A DNA stretch of 63,949 nt, filler included, from Thermoplasmatota archaeon (GTDB lineage Archaea; Thermoplasmatota; E2; JACPAO01; JAHFTW01): NCBI GenBank assembly GCA_041623215.1. It is 3 parts of 3 records of this genome, joined end to end, with 100 filler letters (N's around TTAATTAATTAA, not from the genome) between each part and the next. Parts side by side here need not be neighbours in the genome. Positions count along the whole stretch, not along the records: positions 60,670 to 63,949 come from JBFJXH010000176.1; 2 more parts are not named here. One strand, 5' to 3'. Both the position numbers and the translations under genes were made by a program. Within the stretch, counting starts at the first letter, position 1; every line of letters starts with the position of its first letter. The notes under the pieces were generated by a model that searched no databases, was not told where the DNA came from, and worked only from the letters and a program-made list of their open reading frames with translations. Below, one piece after another: positions 60,725 to 63,949 of the stretch.

Positions 60725-61831
60725 ATGGTTGGTCAGTGGCGCGCCGCAACTGTTGTGCTTGTATTGTTTGCCGCATCTTGGGGCTCTGTCCAGGGTGCGT
60801 CGGCTCCGCTGTTTGACGCGGACCTGCCGGACGCAAGCGGTGTTTCGTTGTGGCTTCGTTTCCGCGTCGTTGATTCCGACATTAGCCAGCCGTACGAAGA
60901 CGTGGTTCGGTTCGTTGACGGCGATGGCAACGTTGACTTCGTGCTGCAAGCAAGCGGCGGGTCCAAGCGGCTCCGAGTGACGGACGTCGATGCGACGTCG
61001 TCGTCCGGATGGCAGGTCCTTTCTGTTTCGCCCATTACTTCTGTGCACGAAGTGCTCATTTCCGTCCAGGGCGAATCGTACACGCTCCACATCGGCGGCG
61101 TGAACCGCGGCACCTTCCAGTCCCATCCGGGTGAAGCGGTCCGCGTCATCGGAGCACCGGGCGCCACCAATCTGGACATTCACGATGCCCTTCTTCTTGC
61201 CGGGGACGTCTGGCAGGACACCTTTGTCGAAGGACCAGCGTGGGACGAGGACGCGGGCGATGGTGCGGTGGAACATCACCCTACCAGCTTGATCAAGGAC
61301 GCAGGACGCGGCCACATCGACCTCCTGGCTCCACAGCCCATGGGCATCGGCACCGGCCCGACCCTCTCGCGCTTCTACGAACCTGGCAGCGCCATCCAAA
61401 TCGGCTTCCAAGCATCAAGTGCCTTCGCAAGACAGGACGACCTACGCGGGCCTGCCTCGTTTGCCATCCAAGGCATTTCCGACGAGGGCGAATGGACCCT
61501 GCAGGTGCTTCGCGAACTGGAGGGCGCCCACATCGTTCAGCTTGAGCCCAACCACGCCTACCTGGGCTGGTCTGCCGGCCCCCTCGGGCGATTGACCTTG
61601 TTCCAAGAAGGGGATCAATTGTGCGCGGTGACCGATCGCACCACGTGCGTGGCGGCCCCCGCCAGCCATACGATTGTCGTGGGTGACCCGTCGCCCGGCC
61701 ATGGTAGCGGGCAGACCACCTTGTACTGGACGCTTGGCGCCAGCAGCATGCAAAACTTGCTGGCCCACGAGTGCCCGGCGAGCGAGCAAATCTTGCCTGA
61801 TGGCCCCGGACAAAATCTGGTATGTCGGTAG
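60725..61831 (+). CDS. Secreted beta-rich hypothetical protein
   Basis: N-terminal signal peptide; 368-aa ORF with no recognised motif. Confidence 0.65.
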   Translation: MVGQWRAATVVLVLFAASWGSVQGASAPLFDADLPDASGVSLWLRFRVVDSDISQPYEDVVRFVDGDGNVDFVLQASGGSKRLRVTDVDATSSSGWQVLSVSPITSVHEVLISVQGESYTLHIGGVNRGTFQSHPGEAVRVIGAPGATNLDIHDALLLAGDVWQDTFVEGPAWDEDAGDGAVEHHPTSLIKDAGRGHIDLLAPQPMGIGTGPTLSRFYEPGSAIQIGFQASSAFARQDDLRGPASFAIQGISDEGEWTLQVLRELEGAHIVQLEPNHAYLGWSAGPLGRLTLFQEGDQLCAVTDRTTCVAAPASHTIVVGDPSPGHGSGQTTLYWTLGASSMQNLLAHECPASEQILPDGPGQNLVCR

Positions 61832-61841
61832 TTGCGCTCGT

Positions 61842-63269
61842 TCATGACCTGGCGTAAATGTTCCGCGCTTCCGAGAAGAACTCAAGCGACCACCGGCCAC
61901 CTTCCCGCCCGACGCCACTTTGCTTCATGCCGCCAAACGGCACGCGTAGGTCGCGCACCAGCCAGTCATTAATCCACACCATCCCAGTGTCAAGCGCTTC
62001 GGCGACGCGCTGGGCCCGTGCACCGTCAGGCGTCCATACGCTAGCGGCCAATCCGTACGCGGAATCATTGGCAAGTCGCACTGCCTCCGCTTCGTCCGTG
62101 AATCGCTGTACGGTGACAACGGGGCCGAAGATTTCTTCTTGCACACAAGGCGCATCCTGGGGCGGTTCGATGATGGCCGCGGGACGCAAGTAGGCGCCAG
62201 ACCCAGCGACGCGTTCGCCACCCACCACCGTCAAGCCACCCTCGCGCGCGCCTTCCACGTAGCTGGCCACTTTGTCCTGGTGGGCGTGGCTTACCAAGGG
62301 CCCCAGGCGCGTTGCGGGGTCCATGGGGTCCCCCAACGACATCTCCTGCATCCCGCCAACGAAGCGGTCAACAAACGCGGGGACTAGATTCTCCTGAACC
62401 AAGATGCGGCTGCCGCACAGGCAAACTTGACCGGTGTTCGTGAAGGCCGCCCGCAGTGCGCCAGCGACCACCGAGTCAAGGTCGCAGTCATCGAAGATGA
62501 CGGTGGCGTTCTTTCCACCCAGTTCTAGGCTGAGTTTCTTGAACGACGGGGCGGCGGCGGCTGCCACGACGCGACCCGTTGCGGTACCACCCGTGAAGCT
62601 GACGGCAGCGACATCGGGATGGGCGGTGAGAGGTCCCCCGGCGTCAGGGCCGGTGCCATGGATGACGTTGAGGACGCCATCCGGTAATCCAGCGGCTTTG
62701 GCAATCGGGCCGAGGCGGGCGGCCGTTGTGGGGGTCAGTTCACTCGGCTTGGCGACGATGGTGTTGCCCATGGCCAGTGCCGGCGCAACCTTCCACGTCA
62801 AGAGGTAAAGTGGCAAATTCCAGGGTGTGACGAGCCCCACCACGCCGACCGGTTTGCGGTGCGTTCGGTTCTCGGCGCCATCTGGCATGACGTGCTTCTG
62901 GTCCCGAAATGCCGTCGCGAAGTCGGCGAAGAAGCGTAGGTTGCGAACCGCGCGGGGGATGTCGAGGTCCCTGCTGGTCGTGATGGGTTTGCCGGTGTCG
63001 GTCGTCTCAGCCGCCGCCAATTCGTCCAGGCGTGCTTCAAGGATGTCCGCCATGTCGTGCAGCACGGCGCATCGCTTCGCGATGGGCGTCGCGGCCCAAT
63101 CAGGCAGCGCTGCCTTGGCCGACGCTACCGCTTCGTCCACATCGACCGCATTGCTTGCCGGCAGGGTGCCAATGACTTGGCCCGTGGCGGGGTTGACATT
63201 CTCCAACGTGGCGCCCGAGGCGGCGGGTCGCGCTGCCCCACCAATCCAATTGACCGCATCCACCGTCAT
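61842..63269 (-). CDS. Aldehyde dehydrogenase (2-amino/2-hydroxymuconate semialdehyde dehydrogenase-like)
   Basis: DIPRAVRN, PWNLPLYLLTWK, FTGGT, LELGGKN, GQVCLCGSR, EEIFGPV, VRDLRVPFGG. Confidence 0.92.
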   Translation of the reverse strand: MTVDAVNWIGGAARPAASGATLENVNPATGQVIGTLPASNAVDVDEAVASAKAALPDWAATPIAKRCAVLHDMADILEARLDELAAAETTDTGKPITTSRDLDIPRAVRNLRFFADFATAFRDQKHVMPDGAENRTHRKPVGVVGLVTPWNLPLYLLTWKVAPALAMGNTIVAKPSELTPTTAARLGPIAKAAGLPDGVLNVIHGTGPDAGGPLTAHPDVAAVSFTGGTATGRVVAAAAAPSFKKLSLELGGKNATVIFDDCDLDSVVAGALRAAFTNTGQVCLCGSRILVQENLVPAFVDRFVGGMQEMSLGDPMDPATRLGPLVSHAHQDKVASYVEGAREGGLTVVGGERVAGSGAYLRPAAIIEPPQDAPCVQEEIFGPVVTVQRFTDEAEAVRLANDSAYGLAASVWTPDGARAQRVAEALDTGMVWINDWLVRDLRVPFGGMKQSGVGREGGRWSLEFFSEARNIYARS

Positions 63270-63949
63270 GGCTCCACCCGGTTGGCAGCCACGTGCTGTC
63301 GCCAATCGTAGTACCAGCGGTCCTGGTCCGGATCCCATTCATCCCAGGTCGGCAGCGCATGGAGGGCTTCCAGTCGCTCCGGAGGCACAACGCCAGGCAC
63401 CAAGAACGCCTTCTGGCGATGCAAAGGATATGGGTTGCGAAGCTCAAATCCGAGAACGCCAAGAACGGCGCGTGCGACGTACCAAGTCGCCTGCGGATCC
63501 CAGCCGTGGGCAATCTTGATGACGATGCCAAGGCCGTCGGGATAGTCTTCGTGTTGGATGGCAAGTCCCAGCAAGCCATCGGCGCCTTCTTTGGCGATAA
63601 CGCGCCCCTCGCATGACTTGATAATCGTCGTGTCCAGACGATTGAATCCACCTACTAGGTCCGGGTGCTTCACCATCGCATCCCAAATCCAATCCTCATC
63701 GGGCCGGCGAGCAAGGTCGGCGTAGAGGGTCGCCAATTCGCTCACCGTGTTGCTGGTGGTTGGCAATCCACAGCCGTCGCGGGCGATGCGAAGCGGTTCC
63801 CAGCCATCGGTTCCGCCGAGTCGGTTGCGAAGCACATCCAAGTATTGCTGGAACCAAGCATGCTGTGGCAGCAGGTAGCCAATGGTCGGCCAGCCCTTCT
63901 CGCGGCAGCCGCGCACAATGGCGGCGTGCTCCCCGCTGCACGTGTGATA
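63266..63949 (-). CDS. Asparaginase II (Rhizobium-type) family protein, partial at the window edge
   Basis: HTCSGEH, DGCGLPT, HPDLVGG..RLDT, AKEGADG, KIAHG. Confidence 0.85.
   Translation of the reverse strand, partial: YHTCSGEHAAIVRGCREKGWPTIGYLLPQHAWFQQYLDVLRNRLGGTDGWEPLRIARDGCGLPTTSNTVSELATLYADLARRPDEDWIWDAMVKHPDLVGGFNRLDTTIIKSCEGRVIAKEGADGLLGLAIQHEDYPDGLGIVIKIAHGWDPQATWYVARAVLGVLGFELRNPYPLHRQKAFLVPGVVPPERLEALHALPTWDEWDPDQDRWYYDWRQHVAANRVEP

Overview
High-GC archaeal DNA, most consistent with a Thermoplasmatota-type euryarchaeon (inference from rps3ae, the rps13-rps4-rps11-rpoD cluster, a thermosome subunit and many bacterial-type metabolic genes). The window is three contigs joined by artificial N/TTAATTAATTAA linkers (30809-30908, 60570-60669), so neighbourhood across those points means nothing. 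It holds about 60 CDS, two tRNAs (Arg-TCG, Leu-CAG), housekeeping and metabolic genes (eno, icd, fumC, speA, amt, a DEAD-box helicase), and many lipoproteins and C-terminally anchored surface proteins. I see no CRISPR array, integrase or transposase. The strongest candidate for a new system is a six-gene Rieske/cytochrome b operon (12373-16074) with b6f-like traits: split b6 plus subunit IV, the heme-ci Cys in YCLGG, and 14-residue His spacing in helix D. Its first gene encodes a beta-sandwich CxxCH protein whose predicted mature N-terminus (Phe1...Cys21-x-x-Cys24-His25) and C-terminal anchor match the layout of cytochrome f. Other leads: a CRISPR-independent CARF-HTH/cupredoxin/paired-RHH locus, a CP-ATP-grasp plus N-formylglutamate amidohydrolase pair, a degenerate MenA fused to a soluble domain, a Lys-to-Glu variant of asparaginase II, two ~70-bp gene-end duplications, and polypyrimidine terminator candidates. 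All family assignments come from motif recognition by eye; no searches were run.
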